Source of the DNA: Amoebidium appalachense
Taxonomy: Eukaryota > Protista > Ichthyosporea
Direction: 5' to 3'
DNA: 64,000 nucleotides
Assembly (NCBI GenBank): GCA_963693365.1
Contig: CAVNZM010000005.1
Coordinates: forward strand, 7,262,710-7,326,709
Numbering within the stretch: the stretch's first letter is position 1; each line of letters opens with the position of its first letter. This document shows, piece by piece, positions 1 through 13,314 of the stretch. Both the position numbers and the translations under genes were made by a program. The notes below the pieces were generated by a model. It saw only the letters and a list, made by a program, of their open reading frames with translations. It made no database searches and was not told the DNA's origin.

Positions 1-856
1 TGTACACAGCACGAGGGTTTCAGGTGTCTTGGTTTGATGAGTGCATGTGTGGTTGGCTGTGTGTCTTTATGCCTGCCTGCTTGGTAAACACTTGTGCATC
101 GCTAATGTGTGATTGTCTTCCTGTGTGCATAGCATGTGCCGCTGTTTGATTGAGTGTGCATGTTCTTGGGTGCTTGGGCCGTGCGTGCATGGTTTTCCTG
201 TGTGCTTTTGCTTACATTATAGAAAGGGCGTGCTCCGCAAGGGCATGTGTGCATGTGTGTGTGGGTGTGTGTGTGCCCCGGTGTTCGTGTCTGCACGATG
301 CATCCTTACGTTGGCTGTTACCCTCCTTTGAGCTTCATGGAAAGCAACCCCCCCCCCCCCCCCTCCCCCCCTCTCCAGGAGGTTTTCGTTGGGCTGTGTG
401 TGTTTTGCATACTGATGCGTGGTCATGCTTCCTGTGTGTCTGCTTCGTGTATGTTGCTGTATCTCGTTAATATTGCATGCTGCGCAGTTCCTCCTGTCCC
501 TCCAGGACGAGATGTGTGTTTTTGTGTGGGTGTGGGTGTGTGTGTGTGGGGGGGGGGGGGGGGGGGGGGGGGGGGATGGGCGGCCAGGGGGGGGGGGGGG
601 GGATGCTACTCATGCACGTGTTTGTCCCTCCTGACGAATGTGGTGTGTTTGTGTGTGTGTGTGTGCACGCGGGTGGTGTGGGAGGGGCGCAGAGGGGGGG
701 GGGGGGGGGGGGGGATAGAAGGAATGCTCCTCAATTATGTGTTCGAACGTGTTTTTGTTTCCGCACATCCTCTGTGCGCTCTTCACCTTCCCTGCACTTT
801 AGTCTCCAATTCCGTGATTTTCACCTTACCATACCCTTTTCCACCCACCCGCACAG

Positions 857-2226
857 CCCCAAGGTGAAACCCATGGGTAGCCCGCTCATTGCTCCGGCCG
901 AGCTCTCAGCCCCCAGCCAATCCGTCGAAACCATCCCCACCTCCCTACCACACACCCCCTCCCAGCCGTCTCTCGCGCCGGGCGCGCCCCCATCCCAACC
1001 CCAACAACCCCCTGCCCAGGTGCCCACCGCTAGCACCACGGCCACCCCTCTTCTCCCCACGCCACCCAAAATGCCCGAGAGCGCAGAGCCGGCGGCACCC
1101 TCCCCAATGCAGATTCCCTCCTCGTCTGTCCCCCAGCAGGCACCATACATGTCTATGGGCCACATGCAACAGCAACAGGTACAAGGTGCACAGAGCATGT
1201 CCCCCCCGGGTGTCCAGCGCACCACCATTCACCAACAACAACACCAACAACAGCAGCAACAGCAACACACCCCGGGTGTGTTCCAACCGCAGTCCAGCCA
1301 CGGGCACCTCCCCACCGAGCCCAAGCAGTTTATCCCTGGGCTTATGGCCCAGTCTGCGCCCCAACCATCAAACACCACCCAGGGAACCAACACCCTGCCC
1401 CAACAACAGACACCACAGCAGCCCACCCCCCAAATACAGCAACAGCAACCCCAGACCTCAGCATTCCCCCAGCCCGGTTCATTCCAACAGCAACCGGCAC
1501 CCGGAACCGGAGCCGGTGTGCAGGCGCAGCAGCAGGCTGGAGCTGTGTCAGCGAATCAGAATGCACCGCAGGCACCGCCGGGTATTTCGGGCCAGGCTGG
1601 CCCGGCCCAACCCGCCACGGTGGGCATGGCTGGCCCGTCGGCAATGGCTGCAAGGCACAGGCAGTACCCCCAGGTGCGTTGCAAGGGTGATTTGGGTTGG
1701 CCTGGCCTGATTTATGCAGAATGATGGGCAGAGGCGCACACACCCGTGTGGCGGGCTGGTTTTTTTGGGTTTGATATGTGTGGTTGGCTGTGTGTGTTCC
1801 GCGAGGAGTGCCTATAGGGGACGAGGAACCGAGGGTGAGGCGGTATGTTTGTAGTAGTGGCCAGAAGGTGTGTGAGTGGAGAAGTGGGGCAGACGGGGGT
1901 GCAGAAGGCAGATGGTGTGGTCATCGAGGTGGAGCCGGCAGAGGGGCGGAGGGGGGGGGGGGAGAATGGGAGGGCATGGGCCCCCCGGGGGGGTGGGGGG
2001 AGGGATTCATGGGCAGGGGAGAAAGGCAGCACGAGCCTAGGGAAGCAATTCGTGTAGAATTTCTACGTGCACATTTTTTTTTTCTCACACATTAATCCTC
2101 CCACCAGGCACCCTACCACGGCATGCCGCATATGCCCCCACAGCCTGTTGGGCCCCAGCAGTACCCCCAGGTAAAATGATCTGTCCATTCGTGTCGCTGT
2201 TAAGAATGTTCAATGTGAAATGTTAC

Positions 2227-2260
<34 letters not shown>

Positions 2261-2440
2261 GTCTCCACGGGGCTGATATATGGGGGCACACACATACAGG
2301 TGTGTATGCTTGTGGGCACAGGGTTTGGCTGTGAGCATGTGGCTAGCAGCCAGCACACATGCAGTGGCAGGCACGGGCACACCTTTTTCTGCATGTTTTG
2401 GCATGTACATGCACGCTGTTCACGAGCAGACCAGTCCCTC

Positions 2441-2473
<33 letters not shown>

Positions 2474-2557
2474 ACGATTTGTCTAATATCTGACGATTCT
2501 GCAGCATCCCTAAGACCCCCCTCCCCCTCCCCTCTCCCCCTCTCCCCCCCCCCCCCC

Positions 2558-2638
<81 letters not shown>

Positions 2639-3754
2639 TTTTTTTTTTTTTTTTGGCGCCTGTTGTTTTGCTTGTCATTTGTTGTTCTGGTTGATTACCT
2701 GTAATCTTCGCTTATTTATGTGTGTGTGTGTGTATGTGTGTGTATGTTGTGCGGGGTTGCACATACCGGTGTCTACTTTTCTTCTTACTGTTTTTCTCTC
2801 CACACACTTCATCTGTCCACTTCTGCATACCCCCTTTCATAGCTATAGACACACTTCACACATTGCGTTACGCGCACGCATGCACACACCGCTCTGTTGG
2901 CGACAGCTCCCCTGGAACCCATGCGGCATGTTACCCGCCGGCGTAACATAACTCGGACTATCGGTTTGGCTTTTTTCAAGCCCAAAGCAATGGGTGATAC
3001 CATATTTCCGGCTGACATCGGGGGGCATAGCTTTCCGTTCGAAGACGATAAAGTTCCGCCCTAGTAAGCGTGTTACTACCCTGCGGCGTGGGTCAAATCT
3101 CATATTTTCCCCTCTGATTGCGAATTCTGCGGCCTTCGGGACTTAATTCTTTTCAGCTGGTGTAGTATGTTAGCCAGGGAAGTATCGACTTAGGTATCGA
3201 CGGGGGAGCTTCCTAGAAGCCCCGTCTCCTGAGTTCCTATCTACTATATTTTTCTTGCTTCTGCTTACTGCTGCAACTTTAACCCCCGGCCTTTCCCACT
3301 GCCCTTGCCTGCATAAGCAACCCTGCTCGTCTCTGATCAAGACGGGTGACCTACTCATGTTCAAGTGAAACAGTATCTGAGTTGGGTTTCGTTAACGAGG
3401 GAAATAGGTCGAAACTCGGGTACTGTGGATGACGTGGGCCCCCCCTGAGGATGGGCTCTGCTTATTATGCATACTCTTTATGTATGGCTTGCATTCTGCA
3501 TCGTGTTATCCGTTTGTTCTTGTGTACTTTGTACTTTTTGACGCATTCAAACCCCCCCCCCCCCCCCCCCCCCCCCCCCTTCTCCGTCTACATGTTGTTT
3601 ATTCCACCACTCCTTCTCATTGGCTGCAAATCACAGGGCCCCATGGGCTGGTCCGAGGATCCAATGGCTGCAGCCTACTACCCGCCTCAGATGCCCGGCT
3701 ACGGTGCCCCCGGCTGGGACTATGGCTACGACCAACGGAGCATGGTATGGAATA

Positions 3755-3785
<31 letters not shown>

Positions 3786-4527
3786 AACTCCCTCTCCATC
3801 TACCTTGCCCTGCATCACCTTCCCCCCCCACCCCTCCCCTCCCCCCCCCCCCCCCCCCTCCTCCCTCCCCCCTCCCCGCCGCCACCACCGGCGCACACAT
3901 GCCATTTTACTGTTCGCCTCTCCCCAGCTTCATTTTCAAAATGTCCGTGGCATTTTGTCGGCTGGCTTTTGCAGTGTCCCTTTTCACCTCACTTCTGGAT
4001 CGTTTTTCTTGCTACACTTGTTTTTGGGACAAGGTTAGCGAAATGGGGTAGGGTGGGATTTTGTATGTATGGTTTTGTGTGTTTGTGTGTGTGATGGTTG
4101 TTGTTGTGGTGGTGGTGGTGGTTGTGTGTGCGGTTGTGTGGGGAGGGGGGAGGGGGAGGGGGTTGGTGGGGTGGACACTCGTGGATATGTATTTTCCTCG
4201 CGTCAATGTACAGTTCGAATCATCCATTCCGTATTAGGCTTTTCCTTTTGCTTGCATGTCAGAAATAAGAAGTTTTTAGAAACCTTACGTTCATAATTTG
4301 GAAAATGATAGCGTTGACTTATGGTTTCGGGCAGTACTATGACCCGGCAGCCTACGGTCGGGCGCCTGCCGGTGGGCGTGAGCACCACCCACGAGGGGAG
4401 AAGTTCCGCAACAGCCAGGGGGGTCAGCAACACAGCACGAGACAGCTAGCCAGCACCAGTTGCCAGCTGCAAATGCTTCACAGGTGTGTGTGGGTGGGTG
4501 GTGGTGGTGGTGGTGGTGTGTGTGTGT

Positions 4528-4560
<33 letters not shown>

Positions 4561-5547
4561 TGTTTTTTTTTGTTTTCTTTTTTTTTTGGGGGGGGGGGGG
4601 GGATGGAAAGGGATGGATTTGGGGGGGGGGGGGGGAGGGGAGGGAGGGAGGGGAGAAAGAGGGGGATGGCCGAAAGATAGACAGAAGGGGGGTGAAAAAG
4701 AGGGAGAGGAAGAGAGAGAGTGTGTGTGTGAGTGTGTGGAAGAGAGAGAGGTGGGGCGGGGGGGGGAGAGAGAGAGGGGGGGGGGGGGGGGGGGGGGGGC
4801 AAGAGAGAGAGAGCAAAACTGGAATGTGGCTGACGTTAGTCTGTGCAGCAGGCAGGGCAGGGGGCCATGGGGGCGGCACCTGGGCAGGGGGGCTACGGCA
4901 TGGCCTACTACGGCAGTCAGTACTATGCACCCCCCGGGTACATGGCCTACCAGCAGCCCTACCAGGTGGGTGTGTGGGTGTCCGTGCGGGTGGGTGTGCG
5001 CGTGTGTAATCGTATGGATGTGTGTGTGTGTATGTTTTGTTTTTTTTTTCCTTTGTTTTTTTTGGAGGGGAGGGGGGGGGAGCATGTGTGTTTGTTGAAG
5101 GGCTATGGGGCGACGGAGGGTTGGGCAGCATGTATGGTTTTATGTGAAGAGGGGAGGGTGTGTGTGTGTGCGTGTGCGTGGGTCCCCCCCTCCCCCCAAA
5201 ACACACACACACACACACACACACTTCTCCGGGGTATCACTCAATCTTGCTAGACAACGAACCCATGAGCCATGGCATAGAAACAAAAAATATGACGCAC
5301 AGATTCATAGGCACACAGAAAGAGCACCTGCATGCACAGACTAACCTGAGGATCACCACCACTACAGCCCATGGGTGGCTACCAGGGTGGATATGCCGGG
5401 CACGAGGATGCCAGCCAGGGCTACAAGGCCTACCCGTACACCCAGCACACGCAGGTGTGTGTGCTCTTCCTTTCTCCCTGCCGTTGCTTGTGTGCCCCCT
5501 CCCGCCTCCCATGTTTGTGTGTTTGTGGCTTCTCATGTATCCACCAC

Positions 5548-5583
<36 letters not shown>

Positions 5584-5708
5584 CACACTCACACTCACAC
5601 TCACACTCACACTCACTCACATTCACACAACCGCTGTGTGCTTGTGTTATCTCATGAATTTATACATTCTTCTGGTGCGCCCTTTTGTCTCTTGTTGCGT
5701 GTGTTACA

Positions 5709-5742
<34 letters not shown>

Positions 5743-6359
5743 CCCGGGGTTCCCCTACATGGGACCCTTCCGCCCCCGTGACTTGCTCCCACATTTTCTT
5801 TGTATTTCCCTTTCGTTCACCTTCGTTTCGTGCTCTCTCCTCGTCCCTACCCTTTGTGTTTTACTCGCATCTATTGTGTGCCTGGTGGCTCATCACCTAG
5901 GTCTCTGGTGCTCTGTGACGTGCTGATAATTAATTCACACAGCAGGCAGCCGCACCAGCCACGGGCTATGGGGCCACTGGGGGCATGGCCAAGACACCCA
6001 TGAACACCCTGGCCACGGCCTCCCAGGAGTACACCCAGGTGAGTTTGTCTTGGACCCTTTCCACTCCTTCTCCCCCGCAACGGTCTTCTACCCCCCTTTG
6101 CACCCATCCACACACACACAAGTACGCACTCACACACACACACGTGTGGGTGCGCGCAGGCACACACACACACACACACACACAGGCACACACACACGTA
6201 CACGAACACGTAGAAGTGTGTTCACACCTACAATCTTTCACCTCCCACCATCCATCACTTCTCGCCCATGTTCTCACTTTCAACCCTTCTTACCCAAAAT
6301 TCCTACCCCCCCCCCCTCCCCCCCCCCCCCCCCCCCCCCCACTTTCAACCCTTCTTTAT

Positions 6360-6403
<44 letters not shown>

Positions 6404-7265
6404 CTCCCCTCCCCCCGGCCGGACCCTGACAATGGGCTCTGCTCATTATGCATACTCTTTGTGGTTTGCACTCCGCATTGTTGTCCGTTATGAATGTGTA
6501 CTTCTTACTCTATAACGCATTCTAACCCCCCCACCCCCCCCCCCACCCCACCCCACCCCACCCCACCCCACCCCACCCCCCCCCCACCCCCACCCCACCC
6601 CACCCCACCCCCCCCCCCCCCCCACCCCACCCCACCCCATCCCCACCCCCTCCCCCTCCCCCCGCCCGGCCCCCCCCCCCCCCCCCACCCCCCACCCTGC
6701 CCCCCCTTCCTCCTTTCCCCTTCCCCCACCCCCCACTCTGTGCAGCCGCCAGCAGCAGGCTATGAGAGCAAGGCACCCGGCTATGGAGCCACCCAGCCAG
6801 CCAGCACGGGCAACCTTGGTGCAGGGGCCAGCGGGTCCACCCCTGCAGGGGCAGCAGGCACGGCGGCAGCAGCACCCGGGCAGTACTACACCCCCATGGG
6901 GGGTGCATTCCCGGGCCAGCAGCACTTTGCCCCCCAGATGACCCAGCAACAGCCACCCCAGCAGGTACGATGAATGCGATGAACACGTGCTTCGTGCTTT
7001 ATAGCTGCGTTGTATATGTACACTTGGTGGGCATTATGCATGTCTACGTTTTCGTATTTTGCCGATACGCATTCTGAAGGCCCGGCAATTTATCAAGGGT
7101 TGTGGTTGCTCATGGACGATGGATTCTTGTCCTTGGGGTGGCGTGTGCGCGTGATGGTAGAGACCATACATAAATACAATGTCATGCTGGTGTGTTTTCT
7201 CCTGCTAACATCGAGCATAACCATTTTGTCCACGGCTTTTTTTCTGTTTCTCCCCCCCTTCCCCT

Positions 7266-7296
<31 letters not shown>

Positions 7297-7761
7297 TGGG
7301 TCTCACACATGTGCATCCCCATGCATGTGGTGAGGCACACGCACAATGCAAGCAAAGCTTAACCCACCCTGTCCCTTCTTTCCCCCCTCCTACCCCCCCA
7401 TCCCCACCCCCTCCCTCCGGGCCTTGCCTCTCCCCCCTCACCTTCATAGACTTGTGATGCATGCTCTTGGTGCGGCTGCGATCTGCTGTGTTGTCGTTTG
7501 TGAATGTGGAGATACCCCGAAACTGATTCTTAACCCCCCCCCCCCCCCTTCCCCTGTCACACACACACACGCATACGCACACAAACACCTCGACTTCCCC
7601 TTGCGCTCCTCTGCTCCTTCCCATGTGCACACACATACACTTGCACACCTTTTCATACCCCATCTCAAAGACGTGTTGAAGTAGCCTATTTCTGAAAATG
7701 CTAACTGCAACCTATGTCCTTTCCACAGAGCTACCCACGGCAGTACTGGCCTGGCAACTGA
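857..7761 (+). CDS. 3' part of a Q/P/G/Y-rich low-complexity (prion-like) protein, resembling the UBAP2/UBAP2L/Lingerer C-terminus; 5' exons lie upstream of the window
   Basis: GT-AG exons 857-1673, 2108-2170, 3637-3744, 4335-4483, 4849-4965, 5368-5454, 5943-6038, 6746-6964, 7729-7761 (TGA). Peptides include APYHGMPHMPPQ, WDYGYDQRSM-YYDPAAYGR and GQGGYGMAYYGSQYYAPPGY, ending SYPRQYWPGN*. Exon 4335-4483 needs one extra G at 4418-4423 to keep frame. The family guess rests only on composition and the terminal YW..N. Confidence 0.8.
3441..3579 (+). repeat. Intronic repeat family A (~110 nt plus poly-C), full-length copy
   Basis: ccctgaggatgggctctgcttattatgcatactcttt..gcattctgcatcgtgttatccg..tgtgtactttgtac..acgcattcaaa then a C-run. 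Confidence 0.75.
6424..6530 (+). repeat. Intronic repeat family A copy
   Basis: ccctgacaatgggctctgctcattatgcatactcttt..ttgtccgttatgaatgtgtacttcttactctataacgcattctaa then a C-rich tract. Confidence 0.75.
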
Positions 7762-9063
7762 GCCTACGTGTGTTTTCCCGCGTGCACCATGTCTGTAATT
7801 CCGCAGGACAAAAAAAAAAATCTGTATAGGCAGGTGTGGATGTTGGGGAAGCAGCACATTTTGGATTGCTGCTACCAGATTATAATTATGACTGTGTCTG
7901 AGGCCCGGATGGAAGGAGAGAGCAAGGAATATAGGAGGCATGATGGTGGTGGTGGGGGAGTCAGAGACGCTCATGGTTATTGGTGTGTGTTCTCTCTGGG
8001 GGGTTACTTTGCGCCCAATCTCGATGCCTGTAGCCATACGCGTATGTTACTTTATTCTCCCCGTTTTGTACTTCCACGACGTTGGTTTGGTTTGAGGTAA
8101 AACTTGTTCATGTAATTTGTTTGCTATAACGTGAAGTACAGCTAGCTGCTGCTGATCTGTGTTTAAAGGGCGGCTGTGCTTCACGGTTCGACGTTTACTT
8201 TTGTAAGGTTTGTTTTTCTTTGTTTTTCGTTTCTTGTTTGCCCTGCATGAAAACTCCCATGATAGTTCTTGGCTTGTGATAGAGTTCAGGAATCTTTCGA
8301 AGTGCCACGTGCCCACATACAAATATGTAAGGTGCTGGCGTGCCCACTGCGTGCCTATGTGGGAAATAACAGCAGCACTGTATATGCATATCCTATAATG
8401 TGCTGCGCACACAACAAAATAGTGTGTCAGTGAAACTCAATAGCATTACGCGGAGATTCATTATGCCTGTATGAGCAGTTTTTGCCTGTCACATTGAATG
8501 TTTGTTTGGGTGGCCATATGTACATCTAAGGGAGAAGGGGAGAGAGAGAGAGAGGGAGGGAGAGAAAGAGAGAGGCTGGGGCTCACGGGAAGGAGGGGGG
8601 GGGGGGGGGGGGGCTACGACGTCAAATCATCGATCACACTGCGGATTGCCACCGTATTACGGTGCAAAGGAGGTTTCATGGATCCGGAGCACAAACTCTC
8701 ATGAGCACAGTGGTGTGTGTGAAGTCACACAAGCACACATACAGGTGCATGCATATGCACATGTGCGCACGTATACGTGCACACGGGCACATGCCTGCAC
8801 ACACACGCAGGCGCTCGCGCACACACACACACAAGCACACATGAACACACACGAACAAAAACACACGTACACAGATACACGCACATGCACCACACACAAA
8901 CACACACAAATATCCACATGCGCGAGCACACACACATAACACACGCATACACACACCTTGCCATAATAAGGACACGTGTGAGACATGCGCATGTACGCAG
9001 ACACGCACACCGTGACACACACGCATACACACATCTACACACATGCGCGCGCGTATACAGGCC

Positions 9064-9110
<47 letters not shown>

Positions 9111-9114
9111 AATT

Positions 9115-9163
<49 letters not shown>

Positions 9164-9167
9164 AATT

Positions 9168-9218
<51 letters not shown>

Positions 9219-10569
9219 CGCGCGCGCGCGCGCGCGCGTGCGCACACACGCACACGCACAGACATACACGCATACACACACGCGCGCGCGCATGAACACA
9301 CACCACACGTACACACGCTAAACACACTAAACACACAAAAGTGGCACACGCAAGCATGCTCACGCACTGTTAAATTCAAGCCCACACCCGCACACAGTTC
9401 GCACACACATACCACAGCAGTGTTAAGCCCCTTAAAAACAACAAACGAAATTCGAATTCTAAACACTCATCACATGTACGTACTGTCTCACTGATAAAAA
9501 CAACACATGTACAGGGATTCCGTTTGAAAGCATTCACCCTCCTGCGTACACTCCTGCGCACGTATACATCCCCTCCGAGTCCCGAGCACCCCAGTGGTTT
9601 TTTGCAGTTCGTTGCCGGGGCCAACAATTACAACTTTGCGCATATCGCGATTATGACTGTCTTGCCTCTCGTCTTACCCTGACACGTACTGACGGTGTCA
9701 AGCGCTATCTCTGAGCTAAATGGGCTCGCCGACGCCGATTTTTCCTTCCTTCTTCGCAGCCCGCAGTCTCTTTTCTTCGCAGCCTTCCTTCTTCAAGTTG
9801 GGGGTTTACGCACAATTATTGCTTCTTCGAATTCGCAGTCACTTCGCATACACAGATAAGCATTGTCATTACTAGCGAGACATTTCTGCTGAGGTAGGAA
9901 GGAAAATGAGGCACCACCTCAGTAGGTGGTAGCGTCTTGCCCATCCTGCCCACTCGTCCTTCCCTGTGTGACAAACCTGACGCCTGAGGCTCACCGACAC
10001 TCGGCGAGGGGTTTTCTCAATGCTTTTCACTGAGAGCTGTCGAAACGCGAACGCCATTCCACAGCGTTTAAACTTAACCAATCACAGTGTCCTGTTTTTG
10101 ACAACGGCTTTAGCTTATGGCATCTGACCTGCACCAAACACCACCATTTTCGAATTCGGTCGTTCTGCGGGTCTGTTGTGAAATATCTATAATTGAGAGG
10201 TGGCAGAGTATTGAGAAATAATACTTGAAGTGCGTAACAAGGTGGCGGCAGTGTAATATTTACACACGTGCACGCGGAAAATCACTTTCTTATCACCAAA
10301 TAGCCGCGACAGATCTTGCGGAATGTGCGTCTTTTTTAGCCGCCAGCCTGAGCCTGCATTGGTGACTCAGTCTGGTGAAAATGCACGAACACCTGGCAGC
10401 TGACCCACTCCACCACCGTTGTCGGTGCGCAGTGTTAGAGAAAAGAGATAGGAAAGGGGCAGAACAGATATATCTTATGTCTATTTCAACCTAAAACAGT
10501 GCACTAGTGCGTCGTTAGATGTCACCATAATAACTGATTGAAGAGCAACTGTTAGAAAGAACAGCCACG

Positions 10570-13051
10570 ATGGCTGCCCATTGCAAACACAATTCGTGCG
10601 GCTTGTCCGCGTACATGATCATCCTTTCGTTGTGTTTCACCAACACATCTGCCTTCATATTTCCTCCTGCTTTCCCATGCCAACCCCGCCAAATCGGCGA
10701 GCCTCTACCTGGTACGCAGGGGATAGAAAATTGTTTGGACGCGGCAAAGCGTTTCCAAGTCACCGCACAGAGCATTGTCCTAGCCAACCCTTCGATTCCC
10801 ACGCTCAAGGACCTGTGTCTCACAGCCAACCCACAACCAATAAAACCCCCAATGCTCGTTTGCATCCCTCCCGCCACCGTTCCCGCCACCGTGGAGACCC
10901 CAAAACAAGCGTCTCCCCTCCCGCCTGGCCCCAATGTGGGGGGCCTTCAAGATCTTCTCCAAAGGCTGAACAATGCCATTGGCACTACTGTCCCTCGACC
11001 TCCCTTCATGGGATCAGTACCCAACGCTCCAAATAATAATAATGACCCAGTAAGTGACACGAGCCAAGGCGTGCAACCCAATATTCAAAACATTAACCCC
11101 CAGCCTGTGATGCCACCACAAGACAACAAGGGCCTGCAGAAAGTATCGAGTGTGCAAATGGACAGCACCAACGCAAAGCTGCTGTGCCTTCTCAACAATG
11201 AACGGAAAAGGGCCGGATTGCAGCCTCTACAGTTCAACAGGTCTGTGTGCTTTTCTATTCCTTCCCCCTTAATTTATTGACCACCGCACGATATAATCCA
11301 CCGCACGATATAACCTTAGCCTGTTTATTCCCGGACTGGCGGCCAGGCTTGCAATATTGTCTAATTGAATTCGTGTGGTGAGCGTTTCTTTTGAGAAGAG
11401 CCAAGAGGGGGGGGGGGGGGGGGGGGAGGTACCTGTAATGTTTCTTCCAATAACTTAGCGAGTTTCTGCTACAGCACTTGCACTGCCTTTCTTCTGTGCT
11501 AATCGGCGAAGTCAGTGCAACGAATTTTGTAGAGCACGGAACTCCACAATGAGGTACCAGTTGTTTGAAAGTGTGAATGTTGCCAATTGGCTGCCACGTT
11601 GGAACTTCACAGCCGCACCAGAAAAGTCATGGTGGTAGCGTGTCACTGAAACTTGGTCGATGGACAAAATAGGACCACAAATGTGCTAAGTTAGAGGTAT
11701 GCTATAGCATGAAAATCGGACTTTTAATGGTAGGCTCGGGATGGGGGGTCGGCAAGCGAGAAGCCAGGGATGCCCGGGGGACATGTCAAAACATCAAGCC
11801 TTTGAGGAGAGCCGGGCGGGGAAAGGGAGAGGGGGGGGGGGGGGGGGGGGGGCTAGAAGTATACACGTGTTGAATTTAGCCAGACCGTCACTAGGCTACC
11901 ACTACACATACGCACACATAGCTATGCGGGCTAAGAAAAAGAGTTTAACAGAAATCGCGAGGGGCAAACCATGCATATATGAACACATTAAACACATTTG
12001 CTTGCTTTACTTAAGGCTTAAGGAGCATATTATTTAGTTCACAGTCAGGAACTGCTCGATTCGGAAAGGTTGCCAACATGTTCTATGACCCCCTCCATTC
12101 CCCCATCCTCTCATCCTTTACCCTGCAAACACACATCACCGCCACCACCTACTAACCTCCCCCGGCACCTGGATCCTTCCCATCCTTCCTCCCCCCCCCC
12201 CCCCCCCCCCCCCCCCAATGCCCCCTCCGCCCTCCTCCCGTTCCATATAACCCAATGATGGCATACATTGACACCGTCACACACACACACACACTCACAC
12301 TCACACTCACACTCACACTCACACTCACACTCACACACGAAATGTGGGTCTTGAAACAACTGCACCACCTATAATACACGTCACGGTGCACATCAACTAT
12401 CACGCAGCATGATCTACCAGGCGGCCAAAAAGCAGAGCGAATACATGGCCAGCGTCCGAGACATGACGCACTGGGGCCCGAACGAGGAAACAGCAGGCCA
12501 AAGAGTCGACGCTGCTGGCTACCGCTGGAGAACAGTCGCGGAAAACGTGGCAATGGGGCAAAAGACCGCCGAAAACGTGGTTATGGACTGGGTCAACTCA
12601 CCCGGCCACCGCGCCAACATCCTAAACCCAAACGCTATCCATTTTGGTGGTTACGTCAAGGATTCCTATTGGTGCACCGTTTTTGCAAGCAACAGGGAGA
12701 AGGCCGCTGATTCTGTCGAGGCGTGTCCATCAGTTCAAAGCAATTCGAACGAGGTCACGTCTGATCCTGATGTTCTTGCGGTAGGCGCGACAATCTCAAG
12801 CGACAAATCATCGGCGGCTGAATCCGGTGATTACGCTGATTTGATTGCTGGCAGGGATAATAAAGTCATGAAGGTCCAAGGAATCGCCGAGGCACCTAAT
12901 GGTGCCAAAGGTCCGGTGGGCACGACGAGCCGCTCGGGATGGGATTTGGAGATGACACGGCAGTCTGTGTGTGTGATCAATATGAACCGACAGTCCAATG
13001 CGAGACAACATGGGCAGAAAGTCCAATATGTCAGTTTTAACCCGTAAGCCA

Positions 13052-13088
<37 letters not shown>

Positions 13089-13223
13089 CCCCGGCCCCTC
13101 TCTCCCCCCCCCCCCCCCTCCCCCCCCCCCCCCCCCCCCCCCAATAAAAAGAGAGAGAGAGAGAGAGAGAGAGAGTCACAGTGTGTGTGTGTGTGTGCGT
13201 GTGAAGGTAGTGAGGGGGTGACT

Positions 13224-13256
<33 letters not shown>

Positions 13257-13277
13257 GGGGGGGGGGGGGGGGGAGAG

Positions 13278-13314
<37 letters not shown>

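Noticed and set aside
1-856. Possible extra exons after ctccag at 378 and 506
   Set aside because: No convincing coding content or phase match; treated as intron of the first gene.
9541-10080. Long nearly open frame in the complement (mirror candidate)
   Set aside because: TA and AT counts about equal (19 vs 20 over the part counted) and the real minus strand reads equally naturally; no discriminating evidence.
10515-10934. Antisense ORFs over exons (also 13553-14035, 36968-37363)
   Set aside because: Shadows of GC-rich coding sequence on the opposite strand.
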